From contig JAKVCX010000007.1 of assembly GCA_022448525.1 (NCBI GenBank), positions 11,035-75,034 of the forward strand: a stretch of 64,000 nucleotides of DNA. Reading direction: 5' to 3'. The DNA comes from Tenacibaculum sp. GTDB lineage: Bacteria > Bacteroidota > Bacteroidia > Flavobacteriales > Flavobacteriaceae. The translations under genes were made by a program, and so were the position numbers. This document shows, one piece after another, positions 9,589 to 19,202 of the stretch (position 1 is the stretch's first letter; each line of letters begins with the position of its first letter). A model generated the notes under the pieces. The model did not search any database and was not told where the DNA came from. It saw nothing but the letters and a program-made list of their open reading frames with translations.

Positions 9589-10704
9589 TTAAACTTCGAA
9601 CATTTTACCAGGTAATGTTTTAACCGCTCCTTTCAGTTCCATTTGAATTAATAATGATGATAATTTGTAAACAGGAATTTCACAATCCAATGCAATGACA
9701 TCTAACAATTCTTTTCCGTTATGTTGCAAATAATCATAAACTTTTTGTTCTTCCCCTGACAAGTCAATAAAAAGAGAGGTTTGTTTTGGAGCTGATTTCT
9801 GAGGAATATCCCAGTTCAACATAGCAATAATATCATCAGCTGAATTTAGTAAATGAGCTTGGTTATTTTTTATAAGGTTGTTGCAGCCTTTGCTATAAAC
9901 ATCATCAAACCTTCCGGGTAAAGCAAATACATCTCGGTTGTACGAATTAGCAATATCGGCTGTAACCAATGAGCCTCCTTTCTCTGCAGATTCAATTATA
10001 ATAGTTGCTTGGGATATTCCAGCAACAATACGATTGCGTTTCAAGAAGTTTTCTCGCATTGGTTTTTCATGATGCCAGAACTCGGTAATGAATCCACCAT
10101 TATTCATTACAGCTCTCATATATTTTTTATGAGTTTTTGGATACATATCATCCAAGCCATGAGCTAAAACAGCAAGTGTTTGTAAATTATTTTCAATAGC
10201 AGCTTTGTGAGCGCAAATATCAGTTCCATAAGCATATCCGCTAACAATAATTGGATTATGAGAAGCCAATTGAGCGATAAGATCATTACAAAATGAACGA
10301 CCGTAATTGGTTAGATTTCGAGTTCCGACAATTGAAATGATTTTTTCTTGATTCCAATTAATTTTTCCGTCATGAAATAACAGTAAAGGTCCATCAACAC
10401 AGTGTTGTAATCGTTTTGGATACGATGAATCTAGAAAATAACTGAAATTAATTTTTCCATCAACAATATATTTCAACTCCTCTTCTACTCGATTTAAAAA
10501 TGATGTTTTTTGAAGTTGTTTAGTAACGAATTCACCAATTCCATCAATCTTTAATAAACTCGAATTTTGTTCTTTAAATATTTGTTGAGCTGATCCAACA
10601 TGTCGGATTAATTTTTTAGCAATGATATCACCAACGTTCGGTGTAGCTTGCAGTCGAAGTACTGCAAATAATTCTTCTTCTAGCATGTTCTTTTTTAATA
10701 GCAT
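9589..10704 (-). CDS. dprA: DNA-processing protein DprA
   Basis: SIVGTR, IVSG.AYGTD..AH, F.KRNRIVAG, GGSLVTA, C-terminal winged helix. Confidence 0.95.
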   Translation of the reverse strand: MLLKKNMLEEELFAVLRLQATPNVGDIIAKKLIRHVGSAQQIFKEQNSSLLKIDGIGEFVTKQLQKTSFLNRVEEELKYIVDGKINFSYFLDSSYPKRLQHCVDGPLLLFHDGKINWNQEKIISIVGTRNLTNYGRSFCNDLIAQLASHNPIIVSGYAYGTDICAHKAAIENNLQTLAVLAHGLDDMYPKTHKKYMRAVMNNGGFITEFWHHEKPMRENFLKRNRIVAGISQATIIIESAEKGGSLVTADIANSYNRDVFALPGRFDDVYSKGCNNLIKNNQAHLLNSADDIIAMLNWDIPQKSAPKQTSLFIDLSGEEQKVYDYLQHNGKELLDVIALDCEIPVYKLSSLLIQMELKGAVKTLPGKMFEV

Positions 10705-10748
10705 AGCGAAAGTACAATTTTTTCTGAGATATTTAGAGACTTGCTTTT

Positions 10749-10779
10749 TTGGAAAAACCGACCAAAAAAATTAACTTTG
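10749..10779 (+). promoter_or_regulatory. Bacteroidota housekeeping promoter (TTG-N20-TAnnTTTG)
   Basis: TTG 10749-10751 and TAACTTTG 10772-10779, 5 nt before ATG 10785. Confidence 0.65.
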
Positions 10780-10784
10780 TAGTT

Positions 10785-11708
10785 ATGACATTGAAAAGCT
10801 ATATACAAGATTTATTATATCGTTATGATTGTGTGATAGTTCCAGGTTTTGGTGGTTTTATTGCTAACAAAATTGGAGCAACGATTGAAGGTAGTGCAAT
10901 TTATCCACCTTCAAAGAAAATTTCATTCAATGCACAATTGAATCATAATGACGGTTTATTCGTAAATCATGTTGCGGCTATTGAAAAAATTACGTTTAAC
11001 GAAGCCAATGAAAAAGTAGCTAAGGTTGTTTCTGAATGGAAAAACCTATTACAAACTCAAGCTTTGATGATTGATGGAATTGGAACCATTACAACAAATA
11101 CTGAGAACCAATTAAATTTTGAACCGAGTGGCGAAGTAAATTTCGATTTAAACTCATTTGGTTTAGCAGCGGTTTCAGATATTGAAAAAGTTGAGGTTCC
11201 TGAATTAGTTGACACTAAAGTGAAAGTGTTAACTCCTGAAGTTGAGGTTGAAGAAAACGAAGAACGTAAAGTTGTTGGAGCTGGTAATTTCTTGAAATAC
11301 GCGGCAGGTGCAGCTATATTAGTTGCGGGTGTTCTTGGAGCAAACAAATACAGCGAAAATACAAGCTTAGAGGAATTAGCGAAAGAGCAAGACGCTATAG
11401 AACAAAAAATACAAAAAGCAACTTTTATTATTGACGACCAACTTCCAACGGTTAGTTTGAATGTTGCCAAAGAAAATAACCAAGTTCACATTATTGCTGG
11501 TGCTTTTCAATTAGAGAAAAACGCTCAGAAAAAAATTAATGAATTAAAGAACAAAGGTTACGAAGCTGAAATTTTAGGTAAAAACCAATGGGGACTTACA
11601 CAAGTTTCTGTAGGTAGTTTTGCTACGAAAGAAGCTGCAGACGAAGTTATTGAAGAAATCCGAACTAAAGTTTCTGCTGACGCTTGGATTTTGGTACAAG
11701 AAGACTAA
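10785..11708 (+). CDS. HU/CCDC81-like domain plus SPOR domain protein
   Basis: IQDLLYRYDCVIVPGFGGF N-terminus, one TM, C-terminal SPOR (IIAGAFQ..NA). Confidence 0.85.
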   Translation: MTLKSYIQDLLYRYDCVIVPGFGGFIANKIGATIEGSAIYPPSKKISFNAQLNHNDGLFVNHVAAIEKITFNEANEKVAKVVSEWKNLLQTQALMIDGIGTITTNTENQLNFEPSGEVNFDLNSFGLAAVSDIEKVEVPELVDTKVKVLTPEVEVEENEERKVVGAGNFLKYAAGAAILVAGVLGANKYSENTSLEELAKEQDAIEQKIQKATFIIDDQLPTVSLNVAKENNQVHIIAGAFQLEKNAQKKINELKNKGYEAEILGKNQWGLTQVSVGSFATKEAADEVIEEIRTKVSADAWILVQED

Positions 11709-11783
11709 TTTTTCCATTTTTTATTACCTATAGTTTTTAGTTCTTTCAAGGAGCTTTCTCTATCTTTGCGGAAAATTTTAAAG

Positions 11784-12296
11784 ATGAGAGCAAAGTATCC
11801 AAGAGAATCATTAACTGTACTTACCGATTTAGTTTTACCAGGAGAAACAAACTACTTAGATAACCTTTTTGGAGGAGAGTTATTGGCAAGAATGGATCGC
11901 GCATGTAGTATTGCGGCAAGAAGACATTCAAGAAGAATTGTTGTAACGGCTTCTGTGAATCATGTGGCATTTACGAAATCCGTTCCTGTAGGAAGTGTTG
12001 TTACTCTTGAAGCAAAAGTATCTAGAGCTTTTAGATCATCAATGGAAGTTTTTGTTGATGTTTGGATAGAAGATCGTCAGTCTGGAGAGAAAACAAAAGT
12101 TAACGAAGGTATTTACACATTTGTAGCTGTAGATGAAACTGGAAAACCTGTACCAATTGCTCAAATTGAACCAGAAACCGATTTAGAGAAAGAAAGATAT
12201 GACGGTGCGCTGCGTAGAAAGCAATTGAGCTTAGTTTTAGCAGGTAAAATGAAACCAAATGAAGCTACAGAGCTTAAGGCTTTGTTTGTCGGTTAG
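11784..12296 (+). CDS. Acyl-CoA thioesterase (hotdog fold)
   Basis: N.LDNLFGGELL..MD and FTFVAVD motifs; ATG at 11784 follows TATCTTTG at 11761. Confidence 0.9.
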   Translation: MRAKYPRESLTVLTDLVLPGETNYLDNLFGGELLARMDRACSIAARRHSRRIVVTASVNHVAFTKSVPVGSVVTLEAKVSRAFRSSMEVFVDVWIEDRQSGEKTKVNEGIYTFVAVDETGKPVPIAQIEPETDLEKERYDGALRRKQLSLVLAGKMKPNEATELKALFVG

Positions 12297-13332
12297 AACG
12301 GCTTATTTTGTCTATTTCTCCATTTTCAGATAACATAATAGCAATAGATCGTGTTTTTTCAAATTGAGAAAACACGATAATCATTATTACTGTGATTGGT
12401 ACAGATAAAACCATTCCGGTAATTCCCCATATTTTTCCCCAAACAGCTAAGGAAAGAATAGTAACTAATGGACTTAAGTTTAAAGACTTTCCGAAGATTC
12501 TTGGCTCTAAAATATTTCCTACAACTACTTGAATAGCTCCAACAGCAATTGCAATAATTAAAAATGGTGTAAACTCACCAAATTGCAACAAGCTAAATAT
12601 CGCTGGAAAAATGGTTCCAACTAATGAACCAATGGTAGGAATATAATTCAGTAAGAATATTAAAAATGCCCAAAACGGAGCACTATCAATTCCAACAAAA
12701 AGTAAAACGAAGTAACTTAAAATCCCTGTTAATAAGCTGACGTAAGTCTTTAATCGAATGTAGTTAGAAATAGAATCTTCGATTTTATCGAGCATCCCTT
12801 TTACACTTTCATAATTGTTACCATTCGTTAAGATCATAAATAACTTTTTAACGAAACTTTTCTCTTCTAAAAACAAGAAAAGAGCATAAATGATAATCAT
12901 AAAAGTATCACCTAACAATCCACTAACTCCATTAGCAACGTCACCTAATACAGAACCATAATCGAAATCACCAATTACAGATTTTATTGAAGTTAGAATA
13001 TCAACATTCAAATAATTACCTAAATCGGTAATAATTTTTTCAACATTGGGTTCGTATTTGTCGTAAGAATTGGTAACGTTGGTAACACTATTGGTAATAA
13101 TTTCAGAAACAAAACCAAAAGCTAGAATGATTAAAGTAAACACAATTACGTTACTCAACCATTTCGGTATAAACTTTTCTGCGAAAGGAATTTTATAAAT
13201 GGATTTTCGAATTTCTCTAGTGAAAAACCAAAATATCACTGCAAAAATAAATGGAATTAAAATTCCTTTTCCAATAACTAAAACAGCAATGATTGCTGTC
13301 GTTACAATTATAAAGTTTGAAGCTTTGTTCAT
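12274..13332 (-). CDS. AI-2E family transporter
   Basis: LNYIPTIGS, GNILEPRIFGKSLNLSP, WGITGMVLSVP. Confidence 0.9.
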   Translation of the reverse strand: MNKASNFIIVTTAIIAVLVIGKGILIPFIFAVIFWFFTREIRKSIYKIPFAEKFIPKWLSNVIVFTLIILAFGFVSEIITNSVTNVTNSYDKYEPNVEKIITDLGNYLNVDILTSIKSVIGDFDYGSVLGDVANGVSGLLGDTFMIIIYALFLFLEEKSFVKKLFMILTNGNNYESVKGMLDKIEDSISNYIRLKTYVSLLTGILSYFVLLFVGIDSAPFWAFLIFLLNYIPTIGSLVGTIFPAIFSLLQFGEFTPFLIIAIAVGAIQVVVGNILEPRIFGKSLNLSPLVTILSLAVWGKIWGITGMVLSVPITVIMIIVFSQFEKTRSIAIMLSENGEIDKISRSNRQTKP

Positions 13333-13333
13333 T

Positions 13334-14542
13334 TTAGTTGGCTCTAATCCAATCAGAGGGATTTAATCGATTGGTGTTTTTGAAAAGTACAAAAACAAGA
13401 TCTGTTTTTCCTGTAATTTTATCGGTAAAAATCTTACCTACAGAATCTCCAGTTTTCACAGCTTGTCCTTTTTTTACATAGATTTCTCTTAGGTTCGAAT
13501 AAGTAGTAATATAATCACCATGTTGAACCATAACACTTTTAGTTCCTTTATCTGATTTTGTAATATTTAAAACTTTCCCGTTGAAAATACTTTTAGCAGT
13601 ATCTCCTTTTTTTCCACGGATATGAAGCCCAGTACTGTTGATCGTAATCGATCTAAAAGTTGGGTGTGGTTGAACACCGAATTTACGTGTAATAACTCCA
13701 TCTAAAGGCCAAGGTAAATTTCCTTTATTCTGTTCAAAATTTGCTTTTAAGGCTTTCTCTGCTTTACTTAACAAGAACTCACCTTTTTTAGCCTTTCCTT
13801 TTTTCCCTTTATTTGCTTTAGCGATAGCAGCTCTAATTGCTTTATCAATTTTTTTCGCTACTGCTTTTTCTTCTCTTATTTTCTTTTGAAGCTGTTTTTT
13901 GTACTTACTTTCTTGAGTTTTTATCTTGGTAACAAGCGTTTCTTGCTCTTCTTTCTCGTTTTCAATCTTCTTTTTTTGGTTTTTCTCTGTGTTGATTAAA
14001 ACCTTCTTTTGATTTTTCTTTTTAGTAAGAGAGTCATTCAGTCTTTTTATTTCCTCAGTTTTAGCAATAACACGTTGACCTTGTTTTTTACGGAAATTCT
14101 TGTATTGCTCAATATATTTGATTCGTTTGTAAGCTTGTAAGAAGTTTTCAGAAGAAAGTAAAAACATGGTTTTACTCTGTTGAGACTTACTCTTGTAAGA
14201 TTTAAAAACCATGGCTGCATAATCTGCCTTTAAATTAGCTAGCTCTAAATTATTTTTCTCAATTTTCTTTTCGTTATCCTTAATTTCTTTAGAAAGCTCC
14301 TCAGATTCCAGTTCAATTGTTTCAATTAAACGTTCACGAACAGTTATTTTCTGACTTAAATCTTTTAAATCATCTAAGGCATCTGTTTTTTCTTTATTTG
14401 TTTCAGAAAGTAACGTGTTGATTTTTTTAATCTCCTTATTTAGTTTTTTTCGGCGATTTTCGAGCTCTTTTCTAGATTGTCCATGTAATGACATTCCAAT
14501 GAAAAGAAAATTTAAGAAAGATATGTAAAAAAGACGTTTCAC
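13334..14542 (-). CDS. envC: Murein hydrolase activator EnvC-like (coiled coil plus M23 domain)
   Basis: Long coiled coil then KGNLPWP..G, V.HG.YIT.YSNL. Confidence 0.8.
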   Translation of the reverse strand: MKRLFYISFLNFLFIGMSLHGQSRKELENRRKKLNKEIKKINTLLSETNKEKTDALDDLKDLSQKITVRERLIETIELESEELSKEIKDNEKKIEKNNLELANLKADYAAMVFKSYKSKSQQSKTMFLLSSENFLQAYKRIKYIEQYKNFRKKQGQRVIAKTEEIKRLNDSLTKKKNQKKVLINTEKNQKKKIENEKEEQETLVTKIKTQESKYKKQLQKKIREEKAVAKKIDKAIRAAIAKANKGKKGKAKKGEFLLSKAEKALKANFEQNKGNLPWPLDGVITRKFGVQPHPTFRSITINSTGLHIRGKKGDTAKSIFNGKVLNITKSDKGTKSVMVQHGDYITTYSNLREIYVKKGQAVKTGDSVGKIFTDKITGKTDLVFVLFKNTNRLNPSDWIRAN

Positions 14543-15309
14543 TATAGTTCTATTTCTTTATAACCCGAAGGTATTTTAAACGGCATTTCTAACTTCTTAT
14601 TAAACTCAACAGAACGTAAGTTTAAATCAATATTAGTGAATTTATTTTTTTCTTTCGCTCTAATTTGAATCTTTTCAGGAAAGAGAACGTTATTCTTTTC
14701 TAGATATTTCGGATACAAGACATCCAATCTTTGATTTTTAAGTGAGTCTACAACGTATTGTTTTTTCAACTTAAAATGATCTGGACTGATATGGTAGAAA
14801 ATATCAAAAAGTGAAATTTGATTTTTTGGATACAATTTATAAGATCGGTCAACAATTTCAACTTCTTGTTTGCTTTTTTTAAGGTTGTAAATTGCTTGAC
14901 CTAAAAGCATATTTTGTAATTGAGTAAAATTAATATCTACTCCCAATAGTTTTTTCAACATTGAAAAATCTCCTTCAAAATAGTTTCTTTTATATGGAGA
15001 GTAAAAACTGACTTTTTCTGGAGTTATTTTAGCTTTGAAAACGGTAATAATTTTGGTTCCTTTCAACCAAATAACTTCATCTTTTACCATTTTCATTTTA
15101 ACTGAAAACCCAAGATTTTCCTTAGCATCTTTATAGTTTACTTTCAGTTTTGCATCAACCGTTTTTGGAAAGTTTAAGTTGTTGTGCTTTCGAACTATTT
15201 TCCTTGATGACATTTCAGCAACCTCACCAGTTGAGTTCACAACATTGCGAGAAGACTTACAAGAACCAAAAGCAAGTAATCCAACTAAAAGATAACGATA
15301 TAATTTCAT
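14542..15309 (-). CDS. DUF4292-like lipoprotein
   Basis: Lipobox FGSC; position between TPR and envC genes typical of Bacteroidota. Confidence 0.75.
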   Translation of the reverse strand: MKLYRYLLVGLLAFGSCKSSRNVVNSTGEVAEMSSRKIVRKHNNLNFPKTVDAKLKVNYKDAKENLGFSVKMKMVKDEVIWLKGTKIITVFKAKITPEKVSFYSPYKRNYFEGDFSMLKKLLGVDINFTQLQNMLLGQAIYNLKKSKQEVEIVDRSYKLYPKNQISLFDIFYHISPDHFKLKKQYVVDSLKNQRLDVLYPKYLEKNNVLFPEKIQIRAKEKNKFTNIDLNLRSVEFNKKLEMPFKIPSGYKEIEL

Positions 15310-15312
15310 GTA

Positions 15313-16335
15313 TTATTTACGTTTTTTTTGATATTTATTCACGTTTTTAGAATCACCAAGCCCTTTGTAAGCTTTAATTAGTTCATTATAAAAACGATTT
15401 TCTAATGATTTATCATCAATCACAAAATCAATACCATTTTGCAGACTTTCAACTGCTTTTTTAAATTGTTTGTTTTTATTTAATGCTTTTCCGTTCATTA
15501 AGTACACAATAGGCTGTGCAGGGAATAAAGTCATTCCTTCTTCACTATAACTTAATAATGAAGCATCGTTTTCCTTATCCAAGGAGTTTAGCAACTTTGT
15601 TAAAATTTTAAAAGACTTGTCTTTTTTAAAGAGAACTTTTAAATTTTCCTCCTTAGTATTTTGAGTTGTTGTTTCTAATTTTCTAGTTTTTACCATTGGA
15701 AACATACTTTTTCTAATAGCACGAAGACGCGAGTCTAACATTTTAGCTTCGGCCAATTCATCTAAAACTCGAATTGCTGATGCTCTGTCATTGTTTTGTA
15801 GATGAAGAAAAACAAGAGCACGTTTTTTCTTTGGATGTTTTTCAGCTATTATTTTTTGTGTTTTAATAGCATCAGAGAAGTTTCTGTTCTTTTTATGAAT
15901 AGCTACAATGTGTTCTAATATCCAAAGATTATCCTTTTCTTGAGAAAGTGCTTCCTCTCCATAAATCAGAGCTTCAGGAATTTTATTGAGGTAATAGTAG
16001 TTCTTTGATAGTTCAAAAAGAACGGCTTTATTGTTGGGAAGAATTGTGTTACATTCTTCTAATTTATCAATAGCTTTTTGATAATTGTTTATTGCTTTTT
16101 CAGTAATTGCTTCAAAGAAAAACTCTTCGAATTTCAACATTTTTTTTTCGCTTACACTAGCATCTAAAACAATACTGTCTTGAGCGAATGAGAATTGAGA
16201 AGTAAAAAAAATCAACAAACACCAAAGTAAAATATTGGTGTTTGATGTTTTCTGTTTTTGTATGTTATATGAGCTCTGTATAATCACCGATGCTAATTGA
16301 TGTAAATTCTCCGTTGTATTTTGCATAATTACCAA
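15313..16335 (-). CDS. Tetratricopeptide repeat protein
   Basis: Helical TPR-like repeats after a signal peptide; start codon uncertain (see findings). Confidence 0.8.
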   Translation of the reverse strand: MVIMQNTTENLHQLASVIIQSSYNIQKQKTSNTNILLWCLLIFFTSQFSFAQDSIVLDASVSEKKMLKFEEFFFEAITEKAINNYQKAIDKLEECNTILPNNKAVLFELSKNYYYLNKIPEALIYGEEALSQEKDNLWILEHIVAIHKKNRNFSDAIKTQKIIAEKHPKKKRALVFLHLQNNDRASAIRVLDELAEAKMLDSRLRAIRKSMFPMVKTRKLETTTQNTKEENLKVLFKKDKSFKILTKLLNSLDKENDASLLSYSEEGMTLFPAQPIVYLMNGKALNKNKQFKKAVESLQNGIDFVIDDKSLENRFYNELIKAYKGLGDSKNVNKYQKKRK

Positions 16336-17281
16336 TCATGGCATTGTCGAAATTAGCATTACTAATTTGAACATTTGTTTGAATTAAAGAGTTGGTGATA
16401 GTAGCATTTTCTACTACACTATTTTCTCCAATTGAAACATAAGGACCAATTTTAGCATTCTTAAGAACTACATTTTTTCCAATGTAACACGGTTGAATGA
16501 TTTCTGAATTTTCTAAAATAACATCGTTAGAAACTAAGTTATTTCCATCAGCTTCTTCGAAAGCTAAAACTTGTTTATTTGTATCAACTGTCGGGTCTTT
16601 TTTTCCACAATCCATCCAAGCATTTACTTTTCCTGGTATAAATTTAGCACCTTGTTTCTTTAAAGACTCTAAAACATTTGTTAATTGATACTCATTATTT
16701 TCTCTTAAGTCGTTATCAATTAAATATTGTATTTCCTCTTTTACTTTATCTCCATCTTTAAAATAGTAAATTCCAATGATGGCTAAATCAGAAACAAAAT
16801 CCTTTGGTTTTTCTATAAAGTCTGTGATGAAACCATCTTCTAACTTTACAACTCCAAAGGCACTTGGGTCTTCAACTTGTTTTACCCAAATAGCTCCATC
16901 AGCATTCGCATCGAGTGTGAAATCAGCTTTAAATAAAGTGTCAGCATAAGCTACAACGCAAGGTCCACTTAATGAATCTTTCGCACAGTAAATTGCGTGG
17001 GCAGTTCCTAAAGCTTCCTCCTGAACATAAACCGATCCTTTTGCACCTAATCCTTCGGCAATTTTGATAAGTTTATCTTTCGTATCAGATGGGAAACCTT
17101 TTTTTGTTGGACCAATAACAAAAGCAATCTCTTCAATTTTTTGATCAATTACTTTACTGATGTCTTCAACTAGTCGTTGAACGATTGTTTTTCCAGCAAT
17201 TACAGTTAAAGGTTTTGGCGTAGTTAAGGTATGAGGTCTCAAGCGAGAACCAATACCTGCCATAGGAACAATAATCTTCAT
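16265..17281 (-). CDS. Sugar-phosphate nucleotidyltransferase
   Basis: IVPMAGIGSRLRPHT..PKPL, EALGTAHA, FIEKP, hexapeptide-like tail. Confidence 0.92.
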   Translation of the reverse strand: MKIIVPMAGIGSRLRPHTLTTPKPLTVIAGKTIVQRLVEDISKVIDQKIEEIAFVIGPTKKGFPSDTKDKLIKIAEGLGAKGSVYVQEEALGTAHAIYCAKDSLSGPCVVAYADTLFKADFTLDANADGAIWVKQVEDPSAFGVVKLEDGFITDFIEKPKDFVSDLAIIGIYYFKDGDKVKEEIQYLIDNDLRENNEYQLTNVLESLKKQGAKFIPGKVNAWMDCGKKDPTVDTNKQVLAFEEADGNNLVSNDVILENSEIIQPCYIGKNVVLKNAKIGPYVSIGENSVVENATITNSLIQTNVQISNANFDNAMIGNYAKYNGEFTSISIGDYTELI

Positions 17282-17341
17282 TAATTCTTTCTTTTGTTTT
17301 TCAGTGATGCAATATACTACTTAATTAGGGTAAAATAAATT

Positions 17342-19003
17342 TTAAACCTCTTTTGGCACTGCATCTATCAAGGTTTTGGTGTATTCAGTTTTAGGATTTT
17401 TGTATAGTTCGTCGGCCTCATCAATTTCTTCTATTTCACCTTTGTTCATTACTACAACATTGTCAGACATATATTTAACTACCGATAAATCGTGAGAAAT
17501 AAAGAGGTAAGTAAAACCGAAATCTTTCTTTAAATCATTTAATAAATTTAATACTTGAGCTTGAACAGAAACATCTAATGCAGAGACGGATTCGTCACAA
17601 ATTATGAATTTAGGTTGTAGCGCTATTGTCCTTGCAATTCCAATTCTTTGTCTTTGTCCTCCTGAAAACTCATGAGGAAATCGGTTAAAATGCTCTTCTT
17701 CTAAACCTACTTTCCTAAGAATCTCAACAACATAATTTTTTCTCTCTTTGTAGGAAGTCAATATATTGTGAACTTTCATCGGTTCAATAATAGCTTCTCC
17801 AACAGGAATTCTTGGATTCAATGATGAAAAAGGATCTTGGAAAATGATTTGAATTTCTTTTCTAAGATTTTTTAAATCTTTTTTCTTAAGAGCCGTGATA
17901 TCTTTTCCTTTATAAAAAATATGTCCCGAAGTTGCTTTTTCAAGTTGTAATATAGTTCTTCCTAAAGTTGTTTTTCCGCAACCAGATTCCCCAACTAAAC
18001 CTAATGTTTCTCCTTCATAAATTGAAAAAGAGATATCATTAACAGCTTTTACTGAAGCTGTTTTTTTAAACAAAAAAGAATTGGAAATAAATTCTTTGTG
18101 TAAATTTTTTATTTCGATTAATGGTGGCTTACTGTAAATTTCTTGATGATATCGAGTTCTGTCTTCAAAGCTCTCAACGCTTAAATCAACAGAATCTTTT
18201 AAAAAATCCTCTACCGTTGGTAGTTTGTTTAAACGTTTATTCGGATTTGGTTTTGAATTTATTAGAGCCTTGGTATAATCTTGTTGTGGGTTTGTAAATA
18301 TTTCTTCTGAGGAATTATACTCTATTACTTTTCCTTTTTTAAGAACAACAACATCATCAGCAATTTCACTAACAAGGTTTAAATCGTGAGATATAAAAAG
18401 GATACTCATTTGAGTTTCTTTTTGCAGTGTTTTTAAAAGAGTAATAATTTCTTTTTGTACAGTAACATCAAGTGCTGTAGTAGGTTCATCAGCTATTAAA
18501 AGTTGAGGTTTTAAAGCTAAAGCCATAGCAATCATAACCCGTTGCTTTTGTCCGCCACTTATTTGATGAGGATAGGATTTATAAATTTCTTCAGGTCTAG
18601 GAAGTTTCACTTTTTCAAAAAGTGAAATGATTTCTTCTTGAATTTCTGTTTTTGATAGCGCAGTATGATTTTTAAAGACTTCATAAAGTTGATAACCGCA
18701 AGTCAGGCTCGGGTTTAATGAAGTCATAGGTTCTTGGAAAATCATAGATATTTGTTTTCCTCGAATTTTTAGAAAATCAGATTCGCTAAAATTTAGAAGG
18801 TTATTATTTTGAAAAGAAATACTCCCGTCAAAATCAATACTTTTTCCCGAAAGTAATCCCATAATACTTAACGATGTGATCGATTTTCCACTTCCGCTTT
18901 CTCCCACTAAACCGAGAATACTATTCTTCTTAATGGTGAAATTAACCTTGTTAAGAATAGGTTTATTTTTAATAGAAACTGAAAAATCTTTAAGGATTAG
19001 CAT
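17342..19003 (-). CDS. Peptide ABC transporter ATP-binding protein (two fused ABC domains)
   Basis: GESGSGKS and GESGCGKT Walker A motifs; SGGQKQR and SGGQRQR signatures. Confidence 0.95.
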   Translation of the reverse strand: MLILKDFSVSIKNKPILNKVNFTIKKNSILGLVGESGSGKSITSLSIMGLLSGKSIDFDGSISFQNNNLLNFSESDFLKIRGKQISMIFQEPMTSLNPSLTCGYQLYEVFKNHTALSKTEIQEEIISLFEKVKLPRPEEIYKSYPHQISGGQKQRVMIAMALALKPQLLIADEPTTALDVTVQKEIITLLKTLQKETQMSILFISHDLNLVSEIADDVVVLKKGKVIEYNSSEEIFTNPQQDYTKALINSKPNPNKRLNKLPTVEDFLKDSVDLSVESFEDRTRYHQEIYSKPPLIEIKNLHKEFISNSFLFKKTASVKAVNDISFSIYEGETLGLVGESGCGKTTLGRTILQLEKATSGHIFYKGKDITALKKKDLKNLRKEIQIIFQDPFSSLNPRIPVGEAIIEPMKVHNILTSYKERKNYVVEILRKVGLEEEHFNRFPHEFSGGQRQRIGIARTIALQPKFIICDESVSALDVSVQAQVLNLLNDLKKDFGFTYLFISHDLSVVKYMSDNVVVMNKGEIEEIDEADELYKNPKTEYTKTLIDAVPKEV

Positions 19004-19202
19004 TAATTAACTTTAGGATTACATTTTATTCAACGAATATATAAGTTGTTGTAAAAATCTGTATGAAATCAAACAAATATTTTACTGTAACTAAAAAAAA
19101 ATTATATTTGGCGCACTATTAACAAAATTTTAAGGTTTGTTTTAACATTTTTTAATGTGAAACTACTTTAAGTTTTATTTAACTCAAAATAACCCTTCAA
19201 AA

